Source: an uncultured Verrucomicrobiota bacterium (GTDB taxonomy: Bacteria; Verrucomicrobiota; Verrucomicrobiia; Palsa-1439). From it: a DNA stretch of 64,000 bases. The stretch is from assembly GCA_964533295.1 (NCBI GenBank), contig CAZHLM010000001.1, positions 180,633 through 244,632 of the forward strand. The letters run 5' to 3'. Within the stretch, counting starts at the first letter, position 1. Every line of letters starts with the position of its first letter. Positions 44,569 through 53,590 of this stretch are shown here, piece by piece. The translations under genes were made by a program, and so were the position numbers. The notes beneath the pieces are model-generated. The model ran no database searches, had not been told where the DNA came from, and saw nothing but the letters and a program-made list of their open reading frames with translations.

Positions 44569-45684
44569 TCACGGGGCAGGTGTCGGTGCGGGAGCAGGGT
44601 TGCCCAACAGCCGCAAATTCACCTCGCCGCCGTTGCGCGTGTCCACCGTGTACACCTGCACGCGCGGCAGAATCTTCTCCAGTGTTTCCAGGTACAGCCG
44701 GTAGCGCGTCACGTCTTCGCCGTAAATTTCCGAGTTGGTTTGATACTCGGCCAGCACGGCCTCGAAAGCCTGCGCCGCGCCATTGGCCTGCGCCAGCGCG
44801 TCGGAGCGATAAGCCTGCGCCTGCGCCAGGATACCCTCGGCCTGGCCGCGCGCTTCGGGGAGGAGGCTGTTGGCGTAGCCGGTAGCTTCGTTGATGGCGC
44901 GGGCCTTGTCTTCTCGGGCGCTGTTGACGTCGGTGAAGGCGGCCGCCACCTCGTCGGGCGGGAAGGCTTTCTGCAGATTGAGCCCGACGACGACCAGGCC
45001 GCTGTTGTAGTCGTCCAGCCGCTTCTGCGTCTCAACACGGATGGCGTCTTGCAATGCCTGCCGTTCGGTGGTGAGGATGTCGTCCACCGGTAGTTGATTA
45101 ACGAGGCCCGTGACGGCCTGCCGCACCGCGTCGCGCACCAGGCGGTAGGGCGCGTATTGCACGTTGACGAGATAGGCAGCGGGGTCGCGCACCTGATACT
45201 GCACCACGATTTCCACGTCAATCACGTTGGTATCGCCGGAGAGCACCTGAAGTTTAGAAGGAGGCTCGGGATGCTCGTGGCCCTCTTCGGGTTCGGCCAC
45301 GCCGACGACTTCGCGGCGCACGTCGCCCACGTTGACAAGGTCCACGCGGTCAATGGGCCAGGGCAGGCGATAGTGCGCGCCCGGCTCTGCGCGCGGCTCG
45401 ACGATAGCCCCGAAGCGCCGCACGACCGCAGCCTCGCCCGGCGCAACGATGTACACGCCGGTGGCGAGATAGCCCGCGATGGCAAGACCGATGAGTCCCC
45501 ACAGGACCCGATTCCATTTGAGATGGCCGAAGGCGGCGCGCAGGTCAGCCAGCGGCGATTCGCCATCGCCGACCAGGCTACGAATGAATCGGGCGACAGC
45601 CTGTCCGATCTGGCGCAACAAGCCAGGCCAATCAAAGCGCGGGCGCTGTGGTGGAGGAGGTGGAGTGGGTGTGTCGGTCGTCAT
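44569..45684 (-). CDS. hflK: SPFH/band-7 protein, HflK-like
   Basis: N-terminal TM then YIVAPGEAAVVRRFGAIVEPRAEPGAHYRLPWPIDRV, followed by a coiled-coil. Confidence 0.7.
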   Translation of the reverse strand: MTTDTPTPPPPPQRPRFDWPGLLRQIGQAVARFIRSLVGDGESPLADLRAAFGHLKWNRVLWGLIGLAIAGYLATGVYIVAPGEAAVVRRFGAIVEPRAEPGAHYRLPWPIDRVDLVNVGDVRREVVGVAEPEEGHEHPEPPSKLQVLSGDTNVIDVEIVVQYQVRDPAAYLVNVQYAPYRLVRDAVRQAVTGLVNQLPVDDILTTERQALQDAIRVETQKRLDDYNSGLVVVGLNLQKAFPPDEVAAAFTDVNSAREDKARAINEATGYANSLLPEARGQAEGILAQAQAYRSDALAQANGAAQAFEAVLAEYQTNSEIYGEDVTRYRLYLETLEKILPRVQVYTVDTRNGGEVNLRLLGNPAPAPTPAP

Positions 45685-45693
45685 CCGGGCCTC

Positions 45694-46638
45694 CTACGGC
45701 GTGACCGTCGCCGTCGGTGTCGGGGTGGCGGTCACCTCGGAGTTGCTGTTGACGCTCGCGCTGGAATTTCCCGGGTTGAGGTATTGCAGCAGCTCCGAGT
45801 CAGATGGCAGGATGAGGGTCGTATTGCTGTCAATGAACGTCTCATAAGATTGCAGGGTGCGCAGGAAGCGATAGAACTCCGGGTCTTTGCCGAAGGCGGC
45901 GGCGTAGATGGCGATGGCCTCCGCGTCGGCCTGGCCGCGCGTCTCAGCCGCCTGCTGGTTGGCGTCGGCCAGGATTTGCGCTTTCTGCGCATCGGCGTCG
46001 GCGCGAATCTTGGCCGCCTGTTCAGTGCCCTCCGAGCGGAACTGGCGGGCGATGGCTTCGCGCTCGGCCTTCATGCGCTGGAAGACGCTGGTGAGGTTGG
46101 CCTGCGGGAATGTGAGCTGCTTGAGGCGCACGTCAGTGACGGCAAAGCCATATTGCGTCGTGCGGCCTGCCGCGCCCTGCGTCACAGCGTTCAGAGTATC
46201 GGGCAGTTTCAACTGCGCTGCGTCGGTGGTGACGAGTTGACTCAGTTCCACCTGGCCGAGCGCTACTCCGAGTTCAGAAGCCACAATGTCGGCCAGGCGC
46301 GTCTCCGCGCCCACCGGGTCGCGTACGGTTCGGAGGAAGGTCAGCGCGTCGGTCACTTCCCAGGTGGCGTAGGCTTCGAGGACGATGTTCTTTTTGTCTG
46401 CCGTCAGGAATTCAGTCTGCGGCAGGTTGTAGACGCGCAGCTGGTTGTTGATGCGCACCACGCTTTGTATGGGATCGGGCAGTTTGGCGTAGAGGCCCGG
46501 CTGGGTGATGACGTTCACCGGCTGGCCGAACTGCGTGACGATGGCGTACTCGGTGGCGTCCACTTGAAAGAAGACCAGGTAGGCGGCCAGAAACGCGAGG
46601 GCTATGAAGCCGAGGGCGAGGTTGCGGATGAGTTTCAT
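45694..46638 (-). CDS. hflC: SPFH/band-7 protein, HflC-like
   Basis: ATG 46638 (MKLIRNLALGFIALAF...). FQVDATEYAIVTQFGQP. Long Ala/Gln-rich coiled-coil. Thr/Pro C-tail. Confidence 0.7.
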   Translation of the reverse strand: MKLIRNLALGFIALAFLAAYLVFFQVDATEYAIVTQFGQPVNVITQPGLYAKLPDPIQSVVRINNQLRVYNLPQTEFLTADKKNIVLEAYATWEVTDALTFLRTVRDPVGAETRLADIVASELGVALGQVELSQLVTTDAAQLKLPDTLNAVTQGAAGRTTQYGFAVTDVRLKQLTFPQANLTSVFQRMKAEREAIARQFRSEGTEQAAKIRADADAQKAQILADANQQAAETRGQADAEAIAIYAAAFGKDPEFYRFLRTLQSYETFIDSNTTLILPSDSELLQYLNPGNSSASVNSNSEVTATPTPTATVTP

Positions 46639-46690
46639 AGAAGTTATTCCTTCTCCTCGTAGAGAGTCAGTAACGATGAGGCGATGGCCC

Positions 46691-46996
46691 TCAGTGGTTT
46701 CCGAACCAAGCGAACGCCTCAATAAACAGCCACTGAAAGGCGTGCCAGAGCCGTACCAGTGCCAGGTACACGTGCGTGAGTGAATGCAGCGATGGTTGCC
46801 ACAAAAGGAGGGACAATCCCACCATGACAGTGGCAAACGAGCAAAGTGCATAGTCAAGCCAGTTCAGGCGGAAACGGAGTGGGGCGGTGGCGCGAACGCG
46901 CGCCATCGTTCCCGGCAGCAGCGTAGCCGGCGCAGGTGGGATGGGATAAGTTCGCAATGCGTCGTCCACGGCCTGGAAATCTCGTTGTTGGGTCAT
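46691..46996 (-). CDS. hypothetical small membrane protein
   Basis: 101 aa with two hydrophobic helices, between hflC and the CDF::HflK gene. No family recognised. Confidence 0.3.
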   Translation of the reverse strand: MTQQRDFQAVDDALRTYPIPPAPATLLPGTMARVRATAPLRFRLNWLDYALCSFATVMVGLSLLLWQPSLHSLTHVYLALVRLWHAFQWLFIEAFAWFGNH

Positions 46997-47029
46997 CGGG
47001 ATGCCTTCAGAACCGGCTGTGTGCGTTCT

Positions 47030-48601
47030 TCACGGCTGGGGCGGAAAGGTCTGCGCGTTGCCCGAAGGGGCGCCGGGGAACCACAGGTCGGTGGTCTGCA
47101 GGCGCACGGCGGCGTCCAACACGAATTTGCGTGAACCGGGCAGGACTTTCTCGACGGCTTCGAGGTACAGGCGCAGGCGGGTGATTTCGGGCGCATCGGC
47201 ATACGCGCCCTGGCGGCTGGTGAACAACGCCGCGTCGCCCGCCGCCAGCGCCACCTTTTCGGCGCGGTAAGCGCTGGCGGCCTGGACGGTTTTTGCGGCG
47301 TCGCCGCGCGCCACGGGCAGGACCTCGTTCTGGTACGCCAGGGCTTCATTAATGAAGGTATTCTTGTCCTCGCGCGCGCTGGCCACGTCGCGGAACGCCT
47401 CGGCCACTTCCGGCGGGGGGCTGCTCTCCAGCAGTTGCACCCCGACGACTTGCAGGCCGGAGGCGTAACTGTCGAGAGCCGTTTGCGTCAGTGCGGCGGC
47501 GCGTTGCTGGATAGCGGATTTGTCCACGGTGAGCAGGGCATCCACGCCCTCGTTCGCCACCACCTGCCGCATCGCGGCGTCGGCGGCTTGCAGCACCGTG
47601 CCTTCAGGGTCTACCACGTTGAGCAAGAACGCGGCGGGATCGGTCACGGTGTAATGAATGCTCAGGCGCACATTGATGAGGTTCTCGTCGCCGGTGAGCA
47701 TGAGGCTGGCCGGAGCCTCGGCGCGGCGGATGCTGTTCACGGCCACGATGTCCACGCGGTCCACCGGCCACGGCAGGCGGTAATGCAGGCCAGGGCCGAC
47801 ATTCCCGGCAAGCACACTTCCGAAGCGGCGCACGACGGCGGCCTCGCCCGGCTGAACCGCGTAGAAACCGGAAAGCAGATACAGCGCCAGCAGTACGAGG
47901 GCGGCCGCCGGGACGAACACGCGCCACACGCCCGCCGCCACAAGCGGATGTCGGTGCACGTGGCCGGCGGTTTCGCCTTCGATGTCTAGCGTCTCCCGGT
48001 GGCGCAAGGCGTTGACCGCCGAGGACGCAATCTCGTAGCCGGAGAAGAGGATGAAGACCACCACCACGGCGGCGGCGGCCTTGTCCAGATTGGGCAGGCC
48101 GAGCGCCGCGCCTGCCAGCCCGGCCACCACCACGATGGAAGCATAGATGTCCATCTGCGAGTGATAGCCCCCGGCGATGAGGGCGGGCGAGTTAGTCTGC
48201 CGCCCGACGTAGAGTTTGTAACGCGCGATGAAGTAGGCCGCCGCGACTGTGACGAGCGAGGCCAGCGTGATGGGGCCGAGGTTCGCGAGTTCGGGCGGCT
48301 CGCCGCTCAATACCTCCAGCACGATGTCGAAACCGACGTAGAAGATGGCGGCGGCCACCGCCAGCGCCACCCAGTTTTCGATGGCGCTCACCTGGCCTTT
48401 GCGCTGGGCGCGCGCCTCGTTCCACCGGCTGAGGAGCAGGCCGACGAGCACGAAGCCGCCGATGGCGGCGTCGGCGATGGAGTGCAGGGCGCTGGCCCGC
48501 AAGGCCAGGCTGCCGGATGCGCCTGCGAGCCAGAATTTGAAGGCGATAAGCAGCAGGTTGATGACGATGGTGACGAGGACCGTGCGTTCTTTGCGGTTCA
48601 T
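47030..48601 (-). CDS. fusion protein: cation-diffusion-facilitator transmembrane domain (no CDF C-terminal domain) fused to an HflK-like SPFH domain
   Basis: ATG 48601 (MNRKERTV...). Six-TM CDF core with site-A motifs HSIAD (TM2) and HSQMD (TM5). Then one TM helix and YAVQPGEAAVVRRFGSVLAGNVGPGLHYRLPWPVDRV plus coiled-coil, in a single uninterrupted frame. Confidence 0.65.
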   Translation of the reverse strand: MNRKERTVLVTIVINLLLIAFKFWLAGASGSLALRASALHSIADAAIGGFVLVGLLLSRWNEARAQRKGQVSAIENWVALAVAAAIFYVGFDIVLEVLSGEPPELANLGPITLASLVTVAAAYFIARYKLYVGRQTNSPALIAGGYHSQMDIYASIVVVAGLAGAALGLPNLDKAAAAVVVVFILFSGYEIASSAVNALRHRETLDIEGETAGHVHRHPLVAAGVWRVFVPAAALVLLALYLLSGFYAVQPGEAAVVRRFGSVLAGNVGPGLHYRLPWPVDRVDIVAVNSIRRAEAPASLMLTGDENLINVRLSIHYTVTDPAAFLLNVVDPEGTVLQAADAAMRQVVANEGVDALLTVDKSAIQQRAAALTQTALDSYASGLQVVGVQLLESSPPPEVAEAFRDVASAREDKNTFINEALAYQNEVLPVARGDAAKTVQAASAYRAEKVALAAGDAALFTSRQGAYADAPEITRLRLYLEAVEKVLPGSRKFVLDAAVRLQTTDLWFPGAPSGNAQTFPPQP

Positions 48602-48775
48602 GCCATGGATTTCTCCGCCTGAAGGGACTCGACAAATATCTGGCCTCAGCCCGCACGCCGATTGGGCCAAGGCCAGTCGCTATGAAGCCGGACACCCGAG
48701 CATTCGGCGCAGCAGACTATAGCCGCGCCGGTTCAGAAAGTCCTGTACAAGTTCTGAAATTTGGATGAGAGCAGA

Positions 48776-50161
48776 CTATTGTGAGGCGTATTCGGGGAGC
48801 GTAATGCTCACCATTGTGCCACGCCCGGCGGCGCTTTCGACCGCCACCTCTCCGCCGTGTTCACGCACCGTCCAGTGGACGATGGCTAGGCCCAGGCCGA
48901 CGCCGGGAAGGCGTTCGCCGGAGGGTACGCGGAAGAACGGCTCGAAGATATGCGGCAGGGCGTCGGGGGGAATGCCGGGGCCGCAGTCTTCCACGCTCCC
49001 CTTCACCTGGCCCTCTTCGCGCCAGACGTTGAGGGTGACAACGCCTCCTGGCGGTGAGTGTTTCACCGCATTGTCAATCAGGTTGATGAACGCCTGCCGC
49101 AAGCGGTCAGGGTCGCCGCGCACGCAGGCCGGTTCGCACCGGTCTACTTTGAGCGTAACACTTCCCGTGGTCGATTGCGCTGCCTCGTAGGCTTCCATGA
49201 GCACATCATCCAGGGCGACCGGCTCAAGTGGGGACAAATGCCAGCCTGCTTCGGCCTGGGCGAGGAGCAGCAAATCGTCCAGCAGGCGGGCCACGTGCCG
49301 GCCGGTGCGCTGGAGCGCGGCGAGGGTTTCCTGCCGCCGCGCCGGGTCGTCGCCGAAGGCCGCCAGCAAGTCCACGTTGCCCAGCATGGAGGCGAGCGGC
49401 GTGCGGAGCTCGTGGGCGGCCTCCGCCAGGAAGCGCCGCTGGCTGTCGAACAGGATGTGCAGCCGGTCCAGCATTTCGTTGAAGGTGGTGGCCAGCGTGC
49501 CGACCTCATCGGCAGGGCCGGAATACGCCACGCGGCGCGAGAGGTCTTCGGCCCGGACAATGTCGCGTGCAGTCTGCGTGACGCGCGCCACAGGCCGCAA
49601 GCCCAGGCGGGCGAACACCCATCCGCCCGCCCATCCGAAAAGCAGTACCAGGGCCGTGCCGATGGCATAGATGAGCCGCAGACGACTGAGTGTGGTCTCC
49701 GACCCGGCGAGCGACTGCCCCACCTGCGCCGCACCCACAATCCGGCCGTCGCGTTGGATGGGGCGGTAAAACAACTGCACGGGTTGACCCGAAATTTCCG
49801 TCGCGGCGTAGAAGCTTTCGCCCGCTAACGCCCGGTTGAGGTCGGCGGCCGGCACGGGCAATTGCTGCGCGCCCAGGTTGAATGAGTGTGCGACGACCAC
49901 GCCTTCGGTGTTGAACAACTGAACGTAGATACCGGGCGAGCGGAACTCGTCGGTGGCTTCCTGGGAGATGCCCTCGATTGGGCGATTGGGCACCACGGCG
50001 ACCGCGTCGGCGACGTGGTTGGCGCGTTCGGCCAGGGTGTTGTTCACTTCGGCGCGCAACGAGTCGGACAGGACCCGGTACGAAATCAGGATGAAGCCCA
50101 ACAGGCCCAGGGCTGTCAGGCCCAGATGCCACAGGGTGAGTCGCCAGCGCAATGGGATCAT
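48776..50161 (-). CDS. two-component sensor histidine kinase
   Basis: Two TM, HAMP, H-box AAHELRTPLASM, HATPase boxes (DNAVKHS, GLGLAIV). Confidence 0.85.
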   Translation of the reverse strand: MIPLRWRLTLWHLGLTALGLLGFILISYRVLSDSLRAEVNNTLAERANHVADAVAVVPNRPIEGISQEATDEFRSPGIYVQLFNTEGVVVAHSFNLGAQQLPVPAADLNRALAGESFYAATEISGQPVQLFYRPIQRDGRIVGAAQVGQSLAGSETTLSRLRLIYAIGTALVLLFGWAGGWVFARLGLRPVARVTQTARDIVRAEDLSRRVAYSGPADEVGTLATTFNEMLDRLHILFDSQRRFLAEAAHELRTPLASMLGNVDLLAAFGDDPARRQETLAALQRTGRHVARLLDDLLLLAQAEAGWHLSPLEPVALDDVLMEAYEAAQSTTGSVTLKVDRCEPACVRGDPDRLRQAFINLIDNAVKHSPPGGVVTLNVWREEGQVKGSVEDCGPGIPPDALPHIFEPFFRVPSGERLPGVGLGLAIVHWTVREHGGEVAVESAAGRGTMVSITLPEYASQ

Positions 50162-50829
50162 GCCGCGTCATCCTGAAGCACATAGCCGACGCCGTGCAGG
50201 GTGTGAATCAACGGCGGGTCGCCGAGTTTGCGGCGCAGTCGAGAGATGTATACGTCCAGCACATTGGGGTCGTGCTCGTGATCCATGCCCCAGATGCAGG
50301 CGATGAGCGTCTCGCGTGAGAGCGCGTTCCGGGGATGTTCCAGGAAGAGGGCCAGCAGGTCGTATTCGGTGCGGGTCAGACGGATCACCTTGCCCCTGCG
50401 GCGCGCCACGCGGAGGTTGCCGTCCAACTCCAGATCGGCAAAGGTGATGAGATTGCTCATCCCACCCGTGCGGCGCAGCAACGCGCGCAGACGCGCCAGC
50501 AGTTCGTCAAACGCAAACGGCTTGACCAGATAATCGTCCGCCCCGGAGTCCAGCCCCATCACCCGGTCGGGCACAGCGTCGCGCGCGGTGAGCATGAGCA
50601 CCGGGCCGGTGAAGCCGGACTCGCGCAGCTGGCGGCAGGCCATCATGCCGTCCATGCCCGGCAGCATCACGTCGAGGAGGATGAGATCGGGGTGACTGCG
50701 GCGCAGTTGATCCAGCCCGGCCTCGGCGCTGGTGGCGACCCGTAGGCGGTAACCCGCGTACGTCAGCCCACGCCGCAGGTAGTCGGCAAACTCCAACTCA
50801 TCCTCAATAATGAGAAGATTGGCCTCCAT
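50158..50829 (-). CDS. OmpR-family response regulator
   Basis: LLIIEDE...ILLDVMLPGMDG...LMLTA receiver. Winged-helix output. ATGA overlap with the kinase. Confidence 0.85.
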   Translation of the reverse strand: MEANLLIIEDELEFADYLRRGLTYAGYRLRVATSAEAGLDQLRRSHPDLILLDVMLPGMDGMMACRQLRESGFTGPVLMLTARDAVPDRVMGLDSGADDYLVKPFAFDELLARLRALLRRTGGMSNLITFADLELDGNLRVARRRGKVIRLTRTEYDLLALFLEHPRNALSRETLIACIWGMDHEHDPNVLDVYISRLRRKLGDPPLIHTLHGVGYVLQDDAA

Positions 50830-50830
50830 G

Positions 50831-51208
50831 TCATCCCGATGCCCGATGGCGCACGAAGCCTCGCATGCCTAGCACAGCCGCCGTCGTACCCAGGGCCATG
50901 CCGGCCCCGAGCATGTGCGTATGTCCCAATGCACCCAAAATGAAAGAGGCGACCACTACCGCCAATCCGCCCAGGCAGATAATCACCGCCGGCCAGCGAG
51001 TCCTCCCAGGCTCGCCAAACTCCCATAGAGAAGCCGAGACAATGACCAGGCCGAAAAGAATGCCCAAGCGGACATCCGCCATGTGACTCGCGATCCCCAA
51101 AACGAAGGGGGAAAGGAAAAGCCCAAGCCCCGCCAGTAACGTCAACCAGTACATGCTCGCGGCTCGTATGACTCTGTCATCTTTGCCTGAGAAGACTCCT
51201 TTGACCAT
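50831..51208 (-). CDS. hypothetical membrane protein (SPW-repeat-like)
   Basis: 125 aa, four predicted TM helices, LSPFVLG-type motif. Confidence 0.35.
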   Translation of the reverse strand: MVKGVFSGKDDRVIRAASMYWLTLLAGLGLFLSPFVLGIASHMADVRLGILFGLVIVSASLWEFGEPGRTRWPAVIICLGGLAVVVASFILGALGHTHMLGAGMALGTTAAVLGMRGFVRHRASG

Positions 51209-51264
51209 CTATGTCTCTGCTGCATTGACTGCGTTCGTCTATCTGCACAGTGCGGCCGGACAGT

Positions 51265-51684
51265 CTAGCGGTCTTCATGCTCGCCCGCCGAACTCTGGCT
51301 GCGCAGCATGATCGCCAGACACGCAATCAGCGCTAATTCAACGAGCTTTGAGATGGAATCCACCAGGCCCACCGGTTCCACCTCGCCCGCCTCAGGCCCG
51401 AAGAACGGGAGGCCGAGAGTCCGGGTGACAGCCCAGAGCGCGATGATGGCGGCATTGCCGAGGATGCCTGTCCATAGCAGTTCGCGCTGTGGGGGCGTGT
51501 AGGCCAGCACAATCAGGGCGAACAGCCACTGGCAGGCCGAGGCAATCACAAAGAAAACCCCATAGCCAATCCACTCCTCAAAGTGATCGGGCGCAACCAG
51601 AATGTGGATGAAGCCGGCTAATGCCGAGAGCGCTGCGGCGGCGTATTGCCAGCGTTTGTCGAGGGCTGATAGTTGTGCAGACAC
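51265..51684 (-). CDS. hypothetical membrane protein
   Basis: 139 aa, four hydrophobic helices, acidic C-tail. No family recognised. Confidence 0.35.
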   Translation of the reverse strand: MSAQLSALDKRWQYAAAALSALAGFIHILVAPDHFEEWIGYGVFFVIASACQWLFALIVLAYTPPQRELLWTGILGNAAIIALWAVTRTLGLPFFGPEAGEVEPVGLVDSISKLVELALIACLAIMLRSQSSAGEHEDR

Positions 51685-51717
51685 TTGGCCTCCAGATCGT
51701 CGTGAAGAGATGTGGAA

Positions 51718-52152
51718 TCATTGGTCCTGGACCGTGATAGTAACGGGGACGTCACCGGCGTTGCGGAACCGCAGAGTCAGCGAATAAACATCGCCGGCCT
51801 TGAGATCTTGCTTCAGCTCGATGAGCATGACGTGCAGACCGCCGGGCTTGAACTCCACCGTGCCGCCCGCGGGGATGTCAACGGTCGCCTGTGGGTGCAT
51901 GGACATGACGTTATTGGCGTCCACCATGGTCATGTGCATCTCGGCCTGCCCGGCGCTATCGGTTGTTACGCCGAGGAGTGTATCGGCGTGGACTGTGCCG
52001 TTGCGAATGATGAAGTAGGCGGCGCCGTTGTTGCCCGCTGCAGCCGGGCGCGACCACCCGTCGCTGACGCTAAGCGCCGGGGAAGAACATGCGGACAATC
52101 CGAGCAGGATACCTAAGAGCGTGCGGACGAAGATGATGGTTTTGACTTTCAT
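51718..52152 (-). CDS. copper chaperone PCu(A)C (DUF461) lipoprotein
   Basis: Lipobox LSACS. H(M)x10M...HxM copper motif (AEMHMTMVDANNVMSMHPQ). Confidence 0.7.
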   Translation of the reverse strand: MKVKTIIFVRTLLGILLGLSACSSPALSVSDGWSRPAAAGNNGAAYFIIRNGTVHADTLLGVTTDSAGQAEMHMTMVDANNVMSMHPQATVDIPAGGTVEFKPGGLHVMLIELKQDLKAGDVYSLTLRFRNAGDVPVTITVQDQ

Positions 52153-52174
52153 CGGGTTCTTCCACCTTGCGGCC

Positions 52175-52861
52175 TCATGGCGACATGTTTTGATGGTTCA
52201 TCACCGGCTCATCGGGCACGGGCGGGAAACCTTTGCGCCGTAACAGGTCTTGCATATAGGCGATCTCGCTCGTCTGCGCGTCCACGATGGACTGAGCCAG
52301 CCGGCGGACCTGGGGCTGTTGCGCGCGTTCCAGCGCGCCCTGTCCCATGATCACGCCGCCGCGATGATGCGGGATCATCAACTGCAGGAACAGTCCGTCC
52401 GCCGCCACGCCTTTCAGGCCCGCCAGCTGGTTGATCTGTTCGCGCGTCGCCATGCCGGGCATTGAGTAGCCAGCCGGCATGCCCATCCACGCCATGGCCG
52501 GGTCGGTACTGGCGATGGGTAAATTCCACACCGTCAGCCAGCCCTGCATCTGGCCGATCTGCGCCTGCTGCGTCAGCATGATGTCGAGCGCGAGCTGGCG
52601 CATCTCAGGGTCGTCGGTGCGGTCGCGCAATAGCGTCGCCATATCCACCGCCTGCGCGTGGTGCCTCATCATATCGCGGGCGAAGCCCACGTCCGGGGAG
52701 CTCGCGCTGGGCGCGAGGTTTTGCCGCGCGCCCAGCCAGAAGGCGAGCACCGCCACAATCACCAGCAACGCGCCAAATGACGCGAGCACGCTCGCGTCAA
52801 ATGCGAGCACGGCGCGGGGCGAGGGCGACTCGGCGGGCATTTGTTCAGTCGTCATCCTCAT
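52175..52861 (-). CDS. DUF305-domain protein (membrane-anchored)
   Basis: Two DUF305 four-helix repeats with FARDMMRHHAQAV and MIPHHRGGVIM motifs. Confidence 0.7.
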   Translation of the reverse strand: MRMTTEQMPAESPSPRAVLAFDASVLASFGALLVIVAVLAFWLGARQNLAPSASSPDVGFARDMMRHHAQAVDMATLLRDRTDDPEMRQLALDIMLTQQAQIGQMQGWLTVWNLPIASTDPAMAWMGMPAGYSMPGMATREQINQLAGLKGVAADGLFLQLMIPHHRGGVIMGQGALERAQQPQVRRLAQSIVDAQTSEIAYMQDLLRRKGFPPVPDEPVMNHQNMSP

Positions 52862-52866
52862 GTCTC

Positions 52867-53517
52867 CTAGCCCGGCTGTCCAACACCACCGGTGCAGGGC
52901 GCGCCCGGCTCCGGCGCCAGCGGGCTCAGTTCATACTTCTGGATGAAGCGCATCAGCCGGGGATCGTCGGCCCGTTCCAATTTGAGTTGATAGCCCCACG
53001 CGGAGATCACAATTGGACTGGGCAAGTCTGGGTACGGGCTGAGCAGGCGATAGCCGCTCTGCCGAGCCAGATCCTGAAGTTGCTGGATTTCAGCGGCGGG
53101 GAGATCAGGCCGGTAGGTGATCCATACCGCGCCGTGTTCGAGCGAGTGAACGGCGTTCTCGTTCTGGAGGGGCTGAGTGTATGCGCCACAGTTCTGCCAC
53201 GCCGGCTCGTGCGGACCACCGACCGGGGGCGTCTGTGCGTAAGCGACGGCTCCCTGCACGTGACCGCGCTCGAGCGCGGGGAATTGTTCGACGCCCTCAA
53301 TCGGCTTTGAGGCTTCCGCCCGGGCCGCTAAGGTTTGGTAGACGGCGAGCGCCACGATACCGACCACGGCCAGCAGGATGACGCTAACGACAGTCGTTCC
53401 CGTGATCGTCCGGCGTCGGCGGACCTTGCGGCGCGCCCCGGCAGGCTTCTTTTTCTTTGTCGTCTGTTCCATCAACTCTTCTCCTTGTTTTAGAGCCACC
53501 GCCGCACGTTGCGCCAA
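52867..53517 (-). CDS. DUF3105-domain protein (membrane-anchored)
   Basis: Lys-rich N-terminus, one TM, HSLEHGAVWITY core typical of DUF3105. Confidence 0.6.
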   Translation of the reverse strand: MAQRAAVALKQGEELMEQTTKKKKPAGARRKVRRRRTITGTTVVSVILLAVVGIVALAVYQTLAARAEASKPIEGVEQFPALERGHVQGAVAYAQTPPVGGPHEPAWQNCGAYTQPLQNENAVHSLEHGAVWITYRPDLPAAEIQQLQDLARQSGYRLLSPYPDLPSPIVISAWGYQLKLERADDPRLMRFIQKYELSPLAPEPGAPCTGGVGQPG

Positions 53518-53590
53518 CAGGCGAGTCAGGTGTTCCTCTTCTCAGGACGCGTTGGTGCTCCTGCGCGCTCAACCGTGATTATGATCGCCT

